The notes under the pieces: model-generated
What the model saw: only the letters and a program-made list of their open reading frames with translations
What the model was told of the DNA's origin: nothing
Database searches by the model: none
Shown here: positions 61,757 to 64,000 of the stretch, piece after piece
How the letters are laid out: each line of letters starts with the position of its first letter
Numbering within the stretch: the first letter of the stretch is position 1
Assembly: GCA_030324005.1 (NCBI GenBank)
Contig: JARDVH010000073.1
Span: 93,460,376-93,524,375 of the forward strand
Source: Negaprion brevirostris
Taxonomy: Eukaryota
DNA length: 64,000 nt
Direction: 5' to 3'
Program-made: the position numbers and the translations under genes

Positions 61757-61940
61757 AGAAGTAGTAGAGACTGGTGTAATTTGTCTTTTAAAAAGCATTT
61801 AGACTGTTACATGGGTAAAATGGTATAGAGGGATATGGGCCAAATGCAGGCAATTGGGACTAGCTTCGGGGTTTGAAAAAAAGGCGGCATGGACAAGTTG
61901 GGCCGACGGACTTGTTTCCACGCTGTAAACCTCTATGATT
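61757..61940 (+). mobile_element. Young CR1 3' tail
   Basis: Closely matches 43520-43710 and 37152-37313. Confidence 0.92.
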
Positions 61941-62150
61941 TTAAGTCTCTCACAGGAATGTGAACTTAGTCATCCTGCAAGAAACCCAGTTCAGCAGTCT
62001 TAGCATCAGTTGCTGAAAAAGCACACAGGTGCAGCAGCANNNNNNNNNNNNNNNNNNNNNNNNNNNNNNNNNNNNNNNNNNNNNNNNNNNNNNNNNNNNN
62101 NNNNNNNNNNNNNNNNNNNNNNNNNNNNNNNNNNNNNNNNNNNNNNNNNN

Positions 62151-62660
62151 NTTTTGGTGTCCTTATCTGAGGAAGGATGTTCTTGCTATGGAGGAGGTGC
62201 TGTGAAGGTTTACCTTGATGATTCCTGGGATGACAGGTCTGTCATATGAGGAGAGATTCAATCAGTTTGAAGAGTGAGAGGGTATCTCGGAGACAGTTAT
62301 AAAATTCTAACAGGTTTAGACAAGGTAGGTTCAGAAAGAATATTCCCGAGGATGGGGGAGTCCAGAAAAGGAGGCATAGTTTGAGGATAAAGGGTAAAAC
62401 TTTCAGAATTGAGGTTAGGAGAAATTTCTTCACCCAGAGAATGGTGAACCTGTGGAATTCACTGCCACAGAAAGTAGTTGAGGCCAAAACATGTGTGATT
62501 TCAAGAAGAAATTAGATATAATTCTTGGGCCAAAGGGATCAAGGATTGTGGGGGCGGGGGGAATCAGGGTGTTGAATTTGATGATCAGCATGATCATAAC
62601 GAATGGCAGAGCAGGCTCAAAGGGCCAGATGGCCTCCTCCTGCTTCTATTTTCTATGTAC
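62151..62660 (+). mobile_element. CR1 LINE 3' end
   Basis: TTTTGGTGTCCTTATCTGAGGAAGGATG; TTCTTCACCCAGAGAATGGTGAACCTGTGGAATTC; CR1 tail. Confidence 0.92.
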
Positions 62661-62699
62661 GTTTCTATATATGTTTTACACATTCAAGTTGAAAGGTGT

Positions 62700-64000
62700 G
62701 GAAAATCTGGCACCACCTGGGAGAAACCAACCAACAACAATACCAACAGCCCATTAACAAAGTTGATGCTTTTGTTTCATAGCTCTTAATAAACTTAAAG
62801 ATATTGCCCAGCAGGGAAGATAAGTAAACAGTTAAAAACAGCCTCGATGCAATCTCTCAAAACTGCCTCAGCACAGACAGACTTCTCAAGCCCTTAACAC
62901 AAGAAGGAATGGACATTGCCTTCTCAGCAACAAAGTCTGTCAGCCCAGGAGGAGTCAATGGGATTTACCCAGAATTCTTGAAGGATATCAGATCACAGAG
63001 ATGGAAGTGGCTAGCAAAGGTTTTTTACCAACATCCACAGCAAGTCACCATTCTAAACGTCTGCTGCCAAGCAAAGATAGTATCCATTGCTAAGCCAGGG
63101 AAATCACCTAGTAACCCATACAGTTACCACCCCATTGTCATTAATAGACAAGGGCCTGAAACACCTCCTGCTAAACAGACTAAGTCACTCTCTGGAGCAA
63201 CAATGCCCAACAGGCAAATTATTGCACAGGCTACAACTGCTTCAAGCAGGTCCTGACAATGGCTATAATCTATTGAGGCTAGTTTCTACAAAGACCTGAA
63301 GCCAGAAACCACATTCGCTCACTTTATCCAGTGTCTATGACAGTGTGTGGCGCACAGGCATGCAGCCGAAACTCTTCAAAAATCATCTGCCGTACGAAAA
63401 TCCTACAACTAATCAAATCCATGATCCGCAGCCCACAGGTTCATGTGCACCTTGGAGACCAAATCAACTGCCCATATGTAACCAACGACAGGCTCCCACA
63501 GGGATCAGTCCTCACATTGGCTCTCTTCAACGTATTTACCAGTGACCCTCCTCCCACAAAGTCATGACTCTTCATGTTGGCTTACAGCTTGGCCTTGACT
63601 TTTCGGGCTAAAGAACTTCAGGACTGTGAGAAAACATTGACTGAACATGTATGTTCTCTGGAAGCCTACTTCAGGAAATGGGGACTTCAAACACTGTCAA
63701 GGCTGTCATTTCAACCTTCTACCTGAACAGTTTGAAGGCCGAGGAAGAAATTCATATCTCATTCTGTTGACAACTTCCTGCCCATGAACCAATGCCAAAA
63801 TATCTTGTCATTACTCTTGATTGCATATTGATTTGCCGGCAAAGCCTCCAGAATACTGGAACCAAGGTCAAACTGAGATTGAATCTCAAAAGGAAACTGG
63901 CGGGTATCATTTGGGGCAACAGCGCTAACACTCTGCACAGTGCTTACCTCACTCTGGCCCTCACAACAGCAAAGCCTTGTTTCTCAAACTGGCTCAGGAG
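62700..64000 (+). pseudogene. Vingi/Ingi-type LINE reverse transcriptase, frameshifted, continues past the window end
   Basis: GIYPEFLK, KIVSIAKPGK..SYHPI, YDSVWRTG, LPQGSVL..ALFNVFTSD, PKYLVITLD, RKLAGIIWGNSANTL. Confidence 0.78.

Overview
Eukaryotic genomic DNA, almost certainly from a shark or other elasmobranch, judged from the HE1-type V-SINEs, CR1 LINEs, SacSINE1-like DeuSINEs and Penelope-derived repeats. It is a draft assembly with many N gaps, several inside young CR1 copies. No host protein-coding exon, RNA gene or CRISPR array is supported: the ORFs that can be recognised are decayed transposon sequence, and the long ORFs simply span gaps. Roughly half the window is interspersed repeat; the rest forms repeat-free islands rich in transcription-factor-like motifs, as expected for a large intron or gene desert. 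Most notable: (1) a tRNA-headed SINE that appears to be the 5' end plus 3' tail of a LINE, with a longer RT-deleted relative at 24480-25640; (2) a V-SINE subfamily whose 3' hairpin matches Rex1/Babar tails instead of CR1, with a compensatory base pair; (3) a decayed ~37-bp array of fixed-spacing RFX-like plus CRE-like motifs at 38.9-39.3 kb; (4) Penelope-derived palindromes with minimal hammerhead ribozyme cores; (5) two DR4 nuclear-receptor elements in unique sequence; (6) a Vingi/Ingi-type LINE. Family names come from motif recognition by eye, not database searches, and boundaries are approximate.
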